From contig CAOKGO010000006.1 of NCBI GenBank assembly GCA_948468045.1, positions 3,372 to 67,371 on the forward strand: a stretch of 64,000 nucleotides of DNA, read 5' to 3'. The notes beneath the pieces are model-generated. The model saw nothing but the letters and a program-made list of their open reading frames with translations, ran no database searches and was not told the DNA's origin. This document shows positions 11,288 to 21,898 of this stretch, one piece after another. Position 1 is the stretch's first letter, and each line of letters opens with the position of its first letter. The stretch is from an uncultured Clostridium sp. GTDB lineage: Bacteria > Bacillota > Clostridia > TANB77 > CAG-508. Made by a program: the position numbers and the translations under genes.

Positions 11288-12496
11288 TCACAAAATTGTG
11301 ATTATTTTCCAGTCTCTCTCTTTTTTAAATAAACTAGATAATATGATAATGTAATTTGGAAAAGCATAAAAAATGCTGATAATCCAAGTATATAAGGAAT
11401 TCCGATGTGGATACATCAATCCTGCAAAATACAAACCTATTGATGTACCAATTAACTGAAATATGTATCTATAATTGGTAAATTTAAGTTGATATTCATC
11501 TGGAATATAATTTATATATGGTGCATCTATTACATTTTCATAAGCTGTTGATATTAGAATAGACCATGTTATAGCAATTAGTCCATTTACTACATTATTA
11601 GTTAAAAATGCTAATACATAGAGCCATAATCGAATACCAAATTTTATTGTTACTGTTAAATAGTCATTTTTAGGTGTTAAATATTTTAAAACTATTATTC
11701 CAATGCCATCTGCAATTAGTCCAATAATTAGTAAATATCCTGTTGCTCCTGCATCTGAAAAATCTAAAAGATTTGTTAGCATTAACATTTTTAGTCCTAG
11801 ACCTGTACTCATTGCTATATTTGAAAACATAATATATCCAAAATATGCCCTAACTATTTTATTTTTTACCATAAAAACTAGACTTTGTTTTAGTTCTACT
11901 TTTTTTTCTTGAGTTTTTGCTTTTGTTTTTATTTGTAAAATAGTAATATATGCTAATATTGAAAATAACATTGATATTATTAAGCATATATTGTAGCTCA
12001 TAACTATTCCTGCTACTGTTTTTCCTATTATTATACCACCAATTAAAATTCCTACATCTTTAAATAAATATTCTGTAAGTTTTCTTTTACTATATAATTT
12101 ATTTTCTCTTTTTATTGTTAAAATTAGTGGATAAATACTAATTGTAATTAAATTTCCCAAAACATTATCTAAAATAATACATATTTCAATTATTATTTGT
12201 TGCCCAGTATGGTTTAAAAAACTTAAAAGTATTAAATTAATTATTTTGAAAAATAAACTTATTACAATTACTTTTTTTGTATCTTTTAATGATATTCCTT
12301 TAGAAATTAGTATTAGAGATATTATACAAAACAAACCAGATATACTTAAAATCTGGCTTATTCTAGCTACATTTAATAAATTATCTTGTAACCACAGCTG
12401 TTTAAAGTTCTCCCATATTCCTATTGATATACTATAAAAAGCTAACATTACTAATATTTTATTTTCGTCCTTTAATTGTGCAAACTTTTCTCCCAT
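11288..12496 (-). CDS. MFS-type transporter (12 predicted TM segments); possible CGGA recoding near the C-terminus (alternative end at 11302)
   Basis: Hydrophobic 402-aa ORF. The in-frame cat-CGG-aat at 11401-11404 opens a +1 frame encoding GIPYILGLSAFFMLFQITLSYYLVYLKKRETGK*, which is also a plausible C-terminus. Confidence 0.65.
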   Translation of the reverse strand: MGEKFAQLKDENKILVMLAFYSISIGIWENFKQLWLQDNLLNVARISQILSISGLFCIISLILISKGISLKDTKKVIVISLFFKIINLILLSFLNHTGQQIIIEICIILDNVLGNLITISIYPLILTIKRENKLYSKRKLTEYLFKDVGILIGGIIIGKTVAGIVMSYNICLIISMLFSILAYITILQIKTKAKTQEKKVELKQSLVFMVKNKIVRAYFGYIMFSNIAMSTGLGLKMLMLTNLLDFSDAGATGYLLIIGLIADGIGIIVLKYLTPKNDYLTVTIKFGIRLWLYVLAFLTNNVVNGLIAITWSILISTAYENVIDAPYINYIPDEYQLKFTNYRYIFQLIGTSIGLYFAGLMYPHRNSLYTWIISIFYAFPNYIIILSSLFKKERDWKIITIL

Positions 12497-12556
12497 TGCT
12501 TCTTCCTTCGTCCTCTTAACTTTATTATTTTATTATTCAAAAGTTTATAAAAAAAT

Positions 12557-14218
12557 TAAAATATTCCTACAATTTCTCCATTTTCGTCTATATCAATGCT
12601 TTCTGCTGATGGTACTTTTGGAAGTCCTGGCATAGTCATTATTTTTCCTGCTAATGCCACAACAAAACCTGCTCCAGTTTTTAGTTGAATATCTCTAATT
12701 GTAATGTTATAATCTCCTTTACATTCTAGGTTCTTAGCATCATCTGAGAAAGAATATTGTGTTTTAGCAATACAAACTGGAAAATCACCATATCCGAAGT
12801 TCTTCTATTTTCTTAATTTCTTCTAATGCTTCTTTTGAAAAATCTACTCCTTTTGCTCCATAAATTTTAGTTGCTATTTTTTCTATTTTTGTTGTAATAG
12901 AATCTTCTAAATCATACATATAATTGAAGTTTTCTTCTTGTTCTGTTAATTTTACAAGTTTTTCAGCAATGTCTTTTGCACCTTCTCCACCTTTTGCCCA
13001 TCCTTCTACTAAGCTTAATTCAACACCTTTTTCTTGCAATTTATTTTTTAAGAATTCTATTTCTTTGTCTGTATCTTGTAAATAACGATTTAAAGCTACA
13101 ATAACATTTAGTCCAAATTTATTTTTTAAATTATCAATATGACGATATAAATTGTCTATTCCTTTTTCAATTCCTTCTATGTTTTCTTCTTGTATTTTGT
13201 CTTTTTCTACACCGCCATGATATTTAATTGCTTTTATTGTTGCAACAAGTACAACTGCATCTGGCTTAATTCCTGCTTTTCTACATTTAATGTCTAGGAA
13301 TTTTTCTGCTCCCAAATCTGCTCCAAATCCTGCTTCTGTTATTACATAATCACCTAATTTTAAAGCCAATTTTGTTGCCATTATACTGTTACATCCATGT
13401 GCTATATTTGCAAAAGGTCCTCCATGTATTATTGCTGGTGTATGTTCTAATGTTTGTACTAAATTAGGTTTTAATGCATCTTTTAATAAAACTGCCATTG
13501 ACCCTTGTGCTTTTAGTTGTTTTGCATAAATTGGTTGCCCTTGTTTATTGTATCCTACTAAAATATTTCCTAATTTTTCTTTTAAATCATTTATATCTGT
13601 TGATAAACATACAATTGCCATAATTTCTGACGCTACTGTTATATCAAATTTATCATGTCTTGGGACAATTTTCTTTTCTCCTGATAAACCTGTTTCTACT
13701 TCTCTTAATTGTCTATCATTTAAGTCTACACATCTTTTCCATACAATTTTTTCAAAACCTAGTTCATTTCCAAAATAAATGTGGTTGTCAATTAAGCTTG
13801 CTAATAAGTTGTTAGCTGCTGTAATTGCATGAATATCTCCTGTAAAATGTAAATTAATATCTTCCATTGGTGCAACTTGTACTTTTCCTCCACCTGTTGC
13901 TCCACCTTTAATTCCAAATACTGGTCCTAAAGATGGCTCTCTTAAAGCTAGTATTGAGTTTTTGCCTATTGTTCTTAGTCCATCTGCTACTGCTATTGAT
14001 ATTGTAGTTTTTCCCTCTCCCAATGGTGTTGGGTTTACTGCTGTTACTAATATCAATTTTCCGTCTTTTTTGTTTTTACGTTCTTCATAGACTTTCTCAG
14101 AAATTTTTGCCTTATATTTTCCGTATTGCTCTAAGTCCTCTTCTTCAATTCCTACTTTCTTAGCTACCTCAACTATTTTTTCTAGTTTTGTACTTCTTGC
14201 TATTTCAATATCTGTCAT
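12557..14218 (-). CDS. fhs: Formate--tetrahydrofolate ligase; CGGA +1 site at 12793-12796
   Basis: Full-length Fhs homology. After EEL the frame-0 reading stops (ELRIW*), but the +1 frame reads [23 protein letters not shown]..., the conserved Fhs C-terminus. Confidence 0.9.
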
Positions 14219-14249
14219 GTTAATTCCTCCTTTTATTTTATATTTTTAA

Positions 14250-15392
14250 TTATAAACTTAGCTCCTCACTATTGTCATTTTCTTCTTTGCCTTCAATTTT
14301 TTTATCTTTGTCATCTTGTTCCTTTGCTTTCTTTTTTAATATTGCTAATTCTACTTTTGATACTCCTGATATTTTCATTATTTGTTCGTTGTTAATTTTT
14401 TGCTTTATCATATTAATTGCTTTAAGATATTTTTGACATTCTTCTTTAGATTTTTTTATTTTTTCCTTTTCTTCTTGTGAAAAAGTTTCATAATTTATAT
14501 AATCATGAGCCAATCTTATTGCTTCTTCAAATTGATTAAATCTTATACATAATTTTAGATAAAAGGCTATATTTTCATACCTTTGCGTTGATATTGCTGC
14601 ACATTTTATTGCTATTAAGTCTTTTTCGTCTATCATTTTTTGTTCATATCTTTCTTTGCAAAGTGTTAAGTATTCTTCAAATTTCTCTATTGTATCATCT
14701 TGTCCATAAAAGTTTTCATATAACTTTTTTACTCTTTCACTTAATTGTGCTATTTCTTGTTCTCTTAAAATTCTCTTTCCTCTAATTATTGTAGATTTAG
14801 ATACTCCTAATTCTTCCTCCATCTCTTTGTTTGTTTTTTCATCTTCTATCATTTTTTTTATTTTTTTAGTTCTTCTTTTTATTTGTTTCTCACCTTGGGT
14901 TTCTGGTTTTTCCTTTCCTGTTAGTTTTCCCTGTTCTCTTAACTTTTTCCTATATCTCACTGTAGCTGTTTTAGAAATTCCTGTTTCTTTTTCTATTTGT
15001 TTTGCTGTTTTTCTTGCTTTTGTTTCTTCTTCTACTATTTGTTGTTTTTGCTCACTGCTTAATATATTTAAATTACTTTCATCTCTTAAACGCTTCTTAT
15101 ATTTGCCTACACTTGCTTTAGAAAGTCCTACTTCTTTTGCAATTTCTTGTTCTGTTTTTCCTGCTTCTGCTAATATCTTTATTTGTTGCATTTGTTCTTG
15201 AACTTTTTCTTCTATATTTTCTATTTCCAATCTTCCATTTTTTCTTAAAAATGTTCTATCTTTACTTACTAATCCTTCTGTGATATTTAATGCAGTTGCT
15301 ATTTGTTCAATTGTTTCACCAGCTTTTGTTCGTATTTCTACTTCATTTCTTCTTTCTTCAATTATTTTTCTTTGTTCTAATGATAATCCCAT
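14250..15392 (-). CDS. Multi-HTH repeat protein (4 or more SpoIIID/sigma-r4-like HTH units), paralog family
   Basis: Repeated units such as AGETIEQIATALNITEGLVSKDRTFLRKNG, EIAKEVGLSKASVGKYKKRL and ETGISKTATVRYRKKLRE. Confidence 0.55.
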   Translation of the reverse strand: MGLSLEQRKIIEERRNEVEIRTKAGETIEQIATALNITEGLVSKDRTFLRKNGRLEIENIEEKVQEQMQQIKILAEAGKTEQEIAKEVGLSKASVGKYKKRLRDESNLNILSSEQKQQIVEEETKARKTAKQIEKETGISKTATVRYRKKLREQGKLTGKEKPETQGEKQIKRRTKKIKKMIEDEKTNKEMEEELGVSKSTIIRGKRILREQEIAQLSERVKKLYENFYGQDDTIEKFEEYLTLCKERYEQKMIDEKDLIAIKCAAISTQRYENIAFYLKLCIRFNQFEEAIRLAHDYINYETFSQEEKEKIKKSKEECQKYLKAINMIKQKINNEQIMKISGVSKVELAILKKKAKEQDDKDKKIEGKEENDNSEELSL

Positions 15393-15421
15393 TTTTCCTA
15401 TCCTCTTAAAATAATTATTTT

Positions 15422-16375
15422 TTATAAACTAGGTCCATCTGATTTTGTTGGTTTTGAGTTTCTTTGCATTCTATTTATCTTCAGTTCTTCTTCTGTTTCT
15501 AAATCTGTTAATTCTTCTGCTTTTTGTCCATTTCCTATTATTTTTGCTTTTTTCTTTATTTGATAACTTCTCAAAATCTTTACAAGTTTATCCTTTTGTT
15601 GTCGTATTTTAATTTGTTCTTCTTCTGTTAATTTATTATTAAAAAATTGTTGTTCAATAAATTCTTCTGCTCTTTTAAATTGTTTAAATGTTACTAAAAC
15701 TTTTAAAAACCATAAACTATTTTTATATACATTTTCTGATGCTAATACAGTATTTTCTATATCTTCTAAATCTTTAATTTCTATTTGTCTATCTTCAAAT
15801 TTCTTTTTATAATTCTCCATATCCATTTCAATTAATTGTTTTTTATATCTATGTACTGTAGTAATACTCATATTTAGTATTTTTGACAATTCTGTTACAC
15901 TTACTATTCCTTGATTGCATAATTCTTTTATATCATTCATTTGTTTTTGCCTTAATTCTGTTATTGACGCTGTTCTTTTTTTTATTTCTTCTCTTTTTTT
16001 TTCTAATTCTTTACTTTTTTCCCATTTTTTTATTTGCCTTTCTCGTTTTTGTTGAATTTTTATTTTTTCTATTTGTATGTCTTCTTCCATTTTATGTATT
16101 TCTTCTTCAGAATACCCTAAATATTTTTTTGTAGTTTTTAATGTTAGATTTAACCTTTTCAATATCTCTGTATTACTTATTCCTATACCTTTCCATTCTT
16201 GTGCTAATTTTATACTTTGTATTTTTTGTACTTTCCTATCTAGCATTTCTTCTTCTAAATAATTTCTTACTGTTATAGGAGAAACACCTCGTTTTTGTGC
16301 TATTTCACTTTCACTCATGCCATCTGCATACATTTTTTTTATTAATTTTTCTTCTTCAAAATCTTTTATTACCAT
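15422..16375 (-). CDS. Multi-HTH repeat protein, paralog of 14250-15392
   Basis: MYADGMSESEIAQKRGVSPITVRNYL and LSKILNMSITTVHRYKKQL units. Confidence 0.55.
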   Translation of the reverse strand: MVIKDFEEEKLIKKMYADGMSESEIAQKRGVSPITVRNYLEEEMLDRKVQKIQSIKLAQEWKGIGISNTEILKRLNLTLKTTKKYLGYSEEEIHKMEEDIQIEKIKIQQKRERQIKKWEKSKELEKKREEIKKRTASITELRQKQMNDIKELCNQGIVSVTELSKILNMSITTVHRYKKQLIEMDMENYKKKFEDRQIEIKDLEDIENTVLASENVYKNSLWFLKVLVTFKQFKRAEEFIEQQFFNNKLTEEEQIKIRQQKDKLVKILRSYQIKKKAKIIGNGQKAEELTDLETEEELKINRMQRNSKPTKSDGPSL

Positions 16376-16393
16376 ATCTAATTCCCTCTATTT

Positions 16394-16834
16394 TTATACT
16401 ACCAATCCAGCAATTACACCTATTAATGCACCTACAAATACTTGCACTGGTGTATGTCCTAATACTTCAACTAATCTCTCAGATACTTGCATTCCTGTTA
16501 AACCAGGTGTTTCAATTAATTTATTTAATAAAACTGCTTGCTTTCCTGCTGCTCTTCTTACTCCACATGCATCATACATAACAACAAAAGCAACAATTAA
16601 AGCTAAAGCAAATATTGGTGTTCCAACACCCTCATATTTTCCAATAAGTGTAGCTATACCAGCAACTACTGCCGAATGTGAACTTGGCATTCCACCTGCT
16701 CCCATAATTCTTTTAAAATTAAATTTTTTAGTAGTGCATAAATCATAAATCAATTTAAACAATTGTATACCAAACCATAGGAAAAATGGTACATAAATAT
16801 ACTTGTTTTGTATAAAAGTAATTAAATCATTCAT
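16394..16834 (-). CDS. Divergent PAP2 family membrane protein (YuiD-like)
   Basis: GMPSSHSAVVAGIA and YDACGVRRAAGKQ motifs. Confidence 0.75.
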   Translation of the reverse strand: MNDLITFIQNKYIYVPFFLWFGIQLFKLIYDLCTTKKFNFKRIMGAGGMPSSHSAVVAGIATLIGKYEGVGTPIFALALIVAFVVMYDACGVRRAAGKQAVLLNKLIETPGLTGMQVSERLVEVLGHTPVQVFVGALIGVIAGLVV

Positions 16835-16873
16835 TATTAAAATTCTCCCCTTTTGCTCAAAATCAACTTTTTA

Positions 16874-17098
16874 CTAATTATTTTCTGTGTTAAAATCTTC
16901 TTCTTTCATTTCCCCATTTTTATTTACTAAAATTGTTATTTTCTTTTCTGCTTCTTCTAAAGTTTTATTACATTCATTAGAAATTTTAATACCCTCTTCA
17001 AACTTTTTAACTGAATCTTCTAAGCTTAAATCCCCTTTTTCCAATTCTCCTACAATTTCTTCTAATTGCTCCATTTGTTCTTCAAAACTCTTACTCAT
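16874..17098 (-). CDS. xseB: Exodeoxyribonuclease VII small subunit
   Basis: 74 aa; FEEQMEQLEEIVGELEKGDLSLEDSVKKFEEGIKI. Confidence 0.85.
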   Translation of the reverse strand: MSKSFEEQMEQLEEIVGELEKGDLSLEDSVKKFEEGIKISNECNKTLEEAEKKITILVNKNGEMKEEDFNTENN

Positions 17099-17167
17099 CT
17101 TATCATCCTTTTCCTTTACTAATTATCTTCAAAATTTATTATACTTTTAAATTTTTTGAGTATAATA

Positions 17168-18373
17168 TTATATAATTTTAGCTTGTCTTTCCCCATCTAA
17201 TAATCTAATGTCTATTAAATCTCCTTGTTTTAGCTCTTCTTGTGATTTTATAATTTTTCCATCCTTTTGTGTTATTGAATAACCTCTTGCCAAGGTTTTA
17301 AGTGGGCTATAAGCATCTAACTTCGCTACTAATTTCATATATTGTGTCTGTTCTTTTTCTTTTTTTGATGTTATTAAATTTTGCAATTGTTTTATTTGAT
17401 TATCTACTCGAATATAATTTTCCTGAATTTTTCTAGTTGGCTCTTTAAATACAAAACTAGACAAAGTTTTTTCATATCGAAGTTTCATTACTTCTACTTT
17501 TTTTAGTAAAGCCATTCTTAATCTATTTTGATAAACTAATATTTTTTGTTTTACTTCATACATATTTGGAACTGCTAATTCTGCTGCTGCAGATGGTGTT
17601 GGTGCTCTTAAATCTGCTACAAAATCACTAATTGTAAAATCTGTTTCATGCCCTACTGCTGATATAATTGGAATTTCTGAATTATAAATACTATGTGCCA
17701 CAATTTCTTCGTTAAAAGGCCATAAATCTTCTAAAGAACCACCACCTCTTGCTATTATCAATACATCTGCCAACTTATTATGATTCATATATTGAATTCC
17801 ATCAGCTATTTTTTCAGCTGCACCCTCTCCTTGTACTGGAACTGGCAATAAACGAATTACTACATTTGGATTTCTTCTTGTTGATACATTTATAATATCT
17901 TTGATAACAGAACCAGTTTGAGATGTTAATACACCAATTACTTTAGGCATTTTAGGAATTGACATTTTATGTTCTTCATCAAATAAGCCTTTTTGCTCTA
18001 ACTCATTTTTAAGTTTTTGATATTTTGTGTATAAATCGCCTAGTCCATCTTCTTCCATAGCTTTTACATAAATTTGATAAACACCATCTCTTTCAAAAAC
18101 AGATACACCACCAAAAACAAATACTTTCATTCCATCTTTTGGCATAAAGTGTAATTTTTGGGCATAAGATTTAAACATAATACATTTTATTAAAGAGTTT
18201 TCATCTTTTAAAGTAAAATACATGTGTCCTGTATAATGATTTTTAAAATTGGAAATTTCTCCTTTTACTAATATATTATTTAAGTATTCATCATCTGCTA
18301 TTTTATTTTTTACATATTCATTTAAACTAGATACAGTTATTGCCATATCAGCATATTTCATATTTTTTAACAT
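17168..18373 (-). CDS. xseA: Exodeoxyribonuclease VII large subunit
   Basis: 401 aa; OB-fold N-terminus plus the catalytic domain (GGGSLEDLWPFNEE). Confidence 0.9.
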   Translation of the reverse strand: MLKNMKYADMAITVSSLNEYVKNKIADDEYLNNILVKGEISNFKNHYTGHMYFTLKDENSLIKCIMFKSYAQKLHFMPKDGMKVFVFGGVSVFERDGVYQIYVKAMEEDGLGDLYTKYQKLKNELEQKGLFDEEHKMSIPKMPKVIGVLTSQTGSVIKDIINVSTRRNPNVVIRLLPVPVQGEGAAEKIADGIQYMNHNKLADVLIIARGGGSLEDLWPFNEEIVAHSIYNSEIPIISAVGHETDFTISDFVADLRAPTPSAAAELAVPNMYEVKQKILVYQNRLRMALLKKVEVMKLRYEKTLSSFVFKEPTRKIQENYIRVDNQIKQLQNLITSKKEKEQTQYMKLVAKLDAYSPLKTLARGYSITQKDGKIIKSQEELKQGDLIDIRLLDGERQAKII

Positions 18374-18781
18374 TCCTCTCTGTTTTTTACAATGCTTGCT
18401 AATATCCCATTTACAAATGTCTTAGAAGTTTCTTCTCCATATTTTTTAGCTAATTCAACTGCTTCATTAATAACTACTTTAAAAGGTATATCAGTATAGT
18501 TTAGTTCATAAATAGCAAGTTTCAAAATAGCTATATTTACTTTAGAAATTCTTTCTAATTTCCATTCTGCCTTCAAATTTTTTTCAATTTGGTTTGTTAT
18601 TTCATCTTTATTTTCTTGAATTCCATAAGTTGCATCTTTTATATATTTTTCTGCATTTTTATCTGTAATTTGATTACTTTCTTGAAATAATCCGTATCGC
18701 TTCTTCTAAATTATCTTGTTCTTGTATCTCTAAGCTATAAATAAATTTAAAAGTTTGCTCCCTAATAGCTGTTCTGTTCAT
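18367..18781 (-). CDS. nusB: Transcription antitermination factor NusB; CGGA +1 site at 18691-18694
   Basis: N-terminal MNRTAIREQTFKFIYSLEIQ...EEAI joins after ata-CGG-att to LFQESNQITDKNAEKY...AEWKLERISKVNIAILKLAIYEL (ORF 18367-18576). Confidence 0.85.
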
Positions 18782-18842
18782 AATATGTTCCATTCCCTTC
18801 TTGGTTTAAAAAAGAATTAAATCCAATTATATTTTTTAGCCT

Positions 18843-19052
18843 CTACATTTTGTCAATAAAAGCCTTAAGTTTTGCTTTAACTTCTTCTTTGTTTTGTTGT
18901 ACATAGTTTCCTAAAAATGCCCCAATAACTATTACTACAATAGCTAAAATCAAATCATGTAATCTTGTTACCAAAATTAAAATTGCAACTACAATTCCTA
19001 TAATTGCTCCTTTATAATTATTCCAAAAGTCTTTTACATTCATTCTTCTCAC
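18843..19052 (-). CDS. DUF2273-like small membrane protein
   Basis: 69 aa, two TM segments, located between amaP and nusB as in Firmicutes asp23 operons. Confidence 0.55.
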   Translation of the reverse strand: MRRMNVKDFWNNYKGAIIGIVVAILILVTRLHDLILAIVVIVIGAFLGNYVQQNKEEVKAKLKAFIDKM

Positions 19053-19065
19053 ATTCCTTTCTACT

Positions 19066-19623
19066 TTATTCTATATCTTGTTGTTGTGTTGGAGCAACTT
19101 TTTTTACAGTTATATTTACTTCTTTTACTTCTAAATCTGTTGCTGTTTTTATTCTTTCTTTAATTTTTGCTTGTAAGTTTGCTGATAAATCTTTTATTAC
19201 TGCCTCTTCGTTTATAATTAGATTAACATATACTTTTACATTATTTTCTTTATCTAATTCTACTCTTGTTGTTACATTTTCTGCACTTTGGAAATTTAAA
19301 GCTACTGAATTCACTAAATTTTCTATTGTTTCTTTAGAAATCATCAATTTTCCACTTTCGTTTTCTAAAAGAACACCTTGCCTTTCTTTTATTTGCTCTT
19401 TTGATGTACTATCAAAAAAGATGCATTTTATAGATAATAAAATAAATATAACACTTACTCCAAGTAATATTGTTCCTGATGTTTCACCTGTAACAACTTT
19501 TGTTACTATATTTCCAACTACTCCAATATCTAACCACCCAAATACTAATAAGCATAAGATGATAGATAATATTAATATGATATTTGAATAAATAATAAGT
19601 GTAATTTTTTCTAAAATTTTCAT
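19066..19623 (-). CDS. amaP: Alkaline shock response membrane anchor protein AmaP-like
   Basis: N-terminal TM helices plus a C-terminal domain; sits immediately downstream of asp23. Confidence 0.65.
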   Translation of the reverse strand: MKILEKITLIIYSNIILILSIILCLLVFGWLDIGVVGNIVTKVVTGETSGTILLGVSVIFILLSIKCIFFDSTSKEQIKERQGVLLENESGKLMISKETIENLVNSVALNFQSAENVTTRVELDKENNVKVYVNLIINEEAVIKDLSANLQAKIKERIKTATDLEVKEVNITVKKVAPTQQQDIE

Positions 19624-19735
19624 TCCATTTCCTCCTATTTTTAATTTTTATATCTACTTGATAAAATAATTTCATGTTCTAATATATCAATATATAAAAT
19701 ACTTTGCTCTAAAAATTTGCTTCATAAATTTAGTA

Positions 19736-20236
19736 CTATTCTTCACTTTCCAAATGTTCATTTTCTGATTCTTCTACCTTACTCTCTGCCTTTGCACTAT
19801 CTGTATTAACTCCTTGAACATGAACATTTACTTCTTCTACATTTAAACCTGTCATACTCTCTACTGCTTTTTTTACTCTATTTTGAATTTCAAAAGCAAC
19901 ATCTGGAATTCTTGAACCATATTCTACAATGATATTTACATCAATTTTTGCATGATTTTCAGTTACTTCTACTTTAATTCCTTTAGCTAAATTTTTCTTT
20001 CCACTAAATACCTCTGATATTCCTCCTGCAAATCCTCCAGCCATTCCAGCTACTCCTGGAACTTCTGACACTGCTACACCACTAATTACAGCTACAACAT
20101 CATTAGATATTTGAATTCCCTCATTTTCTGTTTTTATTTCCTCTTCTAATTCTATTATCTCACCTTTTTCTTGTACTTGATTTTCTTCGTTCATAAACAA
20201 ACCTCCTTTGAAAATTCTTCTTTTCAAGTATATCAA
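19736..20236 (-). CDS. Asp23/Gls24 family envelope stress protein (likely start at MNEENQ, 20194)
   Basis: ISNDVVAVISGVAVSEVPGVAGMAGG... is typical of the Asp23 family. Confidence 0.85.
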   Translation of the reverse strand: MIYLKRRIFKGGLFMNEENQVQEKGEIIELEEEIKTENEGIQISNDVVAVISGVAVSEVPGVAGMAGGFAGGISEVFSGKKNLAKGIKVEVTENHAKIDVNIIVEYGSRIPDVAFEIQNRVKKAVESMTGLNVEEVNVHVQGVNTDSAKAESKVEESENEHLESEE

Positions 20237-20277
20237 TTTTTTGCCATTTTTACAACCATTTTTAATAATTTTTTAAT

Positions 20278-20367
20278 AGGATTTGGGGACGGCCCCATAA
20301 TCCTACTTTTTATTTATTATTTTTAATATAATCAAGAAATAGGATTATGGGGCCGTCCCCAAATCCT
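20278..20367. repeat. Pair of inverted GC-rich 27-bp palindromes (family D) flanking a 36-nt AT spacer
   Basis: aggatttggggacggccccataatcct and its exact reverse complement aggattatggggccgtccccaaatcct. Confidence 0.8.
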
Positions 20368-20370
20368 ATT

Positions 20371-21522
20371 TTATTGTGCTCTTTCTTTATCATTTGAAAT
20401 TCCATAATCCAATAAATCAATTCCTTGTAATTCATTATCTTTAATCAATCCAACCTTTAATGCATTTTTTAAGCATTCTTCTACCACCTCTAATTTTAAG
20501 TTTAAAGCTTTAGCAATTATTTCCGGTTTCTTACCTAATTTAGTAACAAGCACTACTACTCTTGTTACACTATCTTGCTTTATTTGTGCTTCAAAATCAC
20601 GTTTTTTAGGTGGTATTTGTCTATATTTTGATTGATTTTCAATATCTATCATTTCAAGGTCACTAATATTTAGCATATTTTGTATATAAATTGAATTTTT
20701 ACCTTTTAGTAATTCACTAATAGCTATTTCTCTTCTTGAAATAGGTAACATTTTTACTCTTTTCTTTTCTAATTTCATTTTTATTATTGCTATCATTTCT
20801 TTTGATAAACCTGTTGAATTACTAATATCTTCTATTTTTATGTTTTTATGTTTTTCTTTTATCATCATAATTGCTGTTTGTACTTTACATGCTTTTACTA
20901 AATATTTTTCTAATTTTATTAAATTTTCATTTTCTTCTTTTGAATAAATTCCACTTTTTGATTGATACCTACTTCTAATTATCTCTAATGCTTCTTTATA
21001 TTTTCTTATTGATATATATTTCCATACAACTTCTATTCTATCTTGTCCTTCATCTATTTTTTTGACTTCGTTCAAAAATTTGTTTATATCTGATATTTCC
21101 TCTTGTTCTTCTTTTTCAATTTTTATAGTTTTTTTCTTCTTTTTTACTATCAATCCTTGTTCTTCACATTCTTTTATAATTTGGTCTATTCTTTGTCTCG
21201 ACAATGGTATTTCGTCTGACTTATATTTGCTTATTGAATATGATGTCATTTTCTCATCATTAACTAGCTCTATAATTCTTTTTACAGTTGATTTTTCGTT
21301 TCTTCTTTTTTGTCTTGCAATTTGTATTTCTTCATCTGATTTTATTAATCCATACTCTTTGGCTTTTTTCACACACAACTCAATTGCTTGTGCACTTTTT
21401 AATGGTACTAATTTTTTCCTATATATTTCACCAGGTCTCATCCCATCGTTATATAATTTTATAATTGTTTGTTTAATTGGATTTTCCTTTAATAATTCTA
21501 TCTTGGCAAAAATATATACCAT
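20371..21522 (-). CDS. Multi-HTH repeat protein (paralog family)
   Basis: The N-terminal unit ENPIKQTIIKLYNDGMRPGEIYRKK and the C-terminal segment ...VTRVVVLVTKLGKKPEIIAKALNLKLEVVEECLKNALKVGLIKDNELQGIDLLDYG are paralogous to 22871-23923. Confidence 0.55.
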   Translation of the reverse strand: MVYIFAKIELLKENPIKQTIIKLYNDGMRPGEIYRKKLVPLKSAQAIELCVKKAKEYGLIKSDEEIQIARQKRRNEKSTVKRIIELVNDEKMTSYSISKYKSDEIPLSRQRIDQIIKECEEQGLIVKKKKKTIKIEKEEQEEISDINKFLNEVKKIDEGQDRIEVVWKYISIRKYKEALEIIRSRYQSKSGIYSKEENENLIKLEKYLVKACKVQTAIMMIKEKHKNIKIEDISNSTGLSKEMIAIIKMKLEKKRVKMLPISRREIAISELLKGKNSIYIQNMLNISDLEMIDIENQSKYRQIPPKKRDFEAQIKQDSVTRVVVLVTKLGKKPEIIAKALNLKLEVVEECLKNALKVGLIKDNELQGIDLLDYGISNDKERAQ

Positions 21523-21841
21523 TTTCTTTATCTTCGTATATTTCTTTAGCTGTTATTCCTTGTCCAACAAGTTTTATAATTTTTTGTACATTAGGATTAT
21601 TTTCTAATTTTCTTCGTTTTTTTATTATTCTTATTTCTTCTTCCGTTTTTAACAATCCTTTTTCTCTAAATATTTTTAGACATTTATCAATTATAAAAAC
21701 ACTAAAAGGTACTTCATCAAAGTTATATTTATGTATTTCATTAGCTGACATTCCTTTATTATTATATAATTCTATAATTTTTTGTCCTACTAGTGTTTTT
21801 TCCGTTATTTCTATCGCATTTGTCATAACAACTTCACGCAC
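21473..21841 (-). CDS. HTH repeat protein (two units); overlaps 20371-21522 by 50 nt, possibly one gene
   Basis: KIIELYNNKGMSANEIHKY and QKIIKLVGQGITAKEIYEDKE units. Confidence 0.45.
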   Translation of the reverse strand: MREVVMTNAIEITEKTLVGQKIIELYNNKGMSANEIHKYNFDEVPFSVFIIDKCLKIFREKGLLKTEEEIRIIKKRRKLENNPNVQKIIKLVGQGITAKEIYEDKENGIYFCQDRIIKGKSN

Positions 21842-21871
21842 CTTATTTTTATTTACTTTCTAACTCTATAT

Positions 21872-21898
21872 AGGATTATGGGGCCGTCCCCAAATCCT
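21872..21898. repeat. Family D palindrome overlapping the fmt stop codon
   Basis: aggattatggggccgtccccaaatcct; the fmt TAG stop lies at its edge. Confidence 0.75.

Noticed and set aside
20371-21841. Joining ORFs 21473-21841 and 20371-21522 through a CGG-type recoding site
   Set aside because: There is no CGG in the 50-nt overlap. They may be two genes or a different kind of frameshift, so they are left as separate calls.
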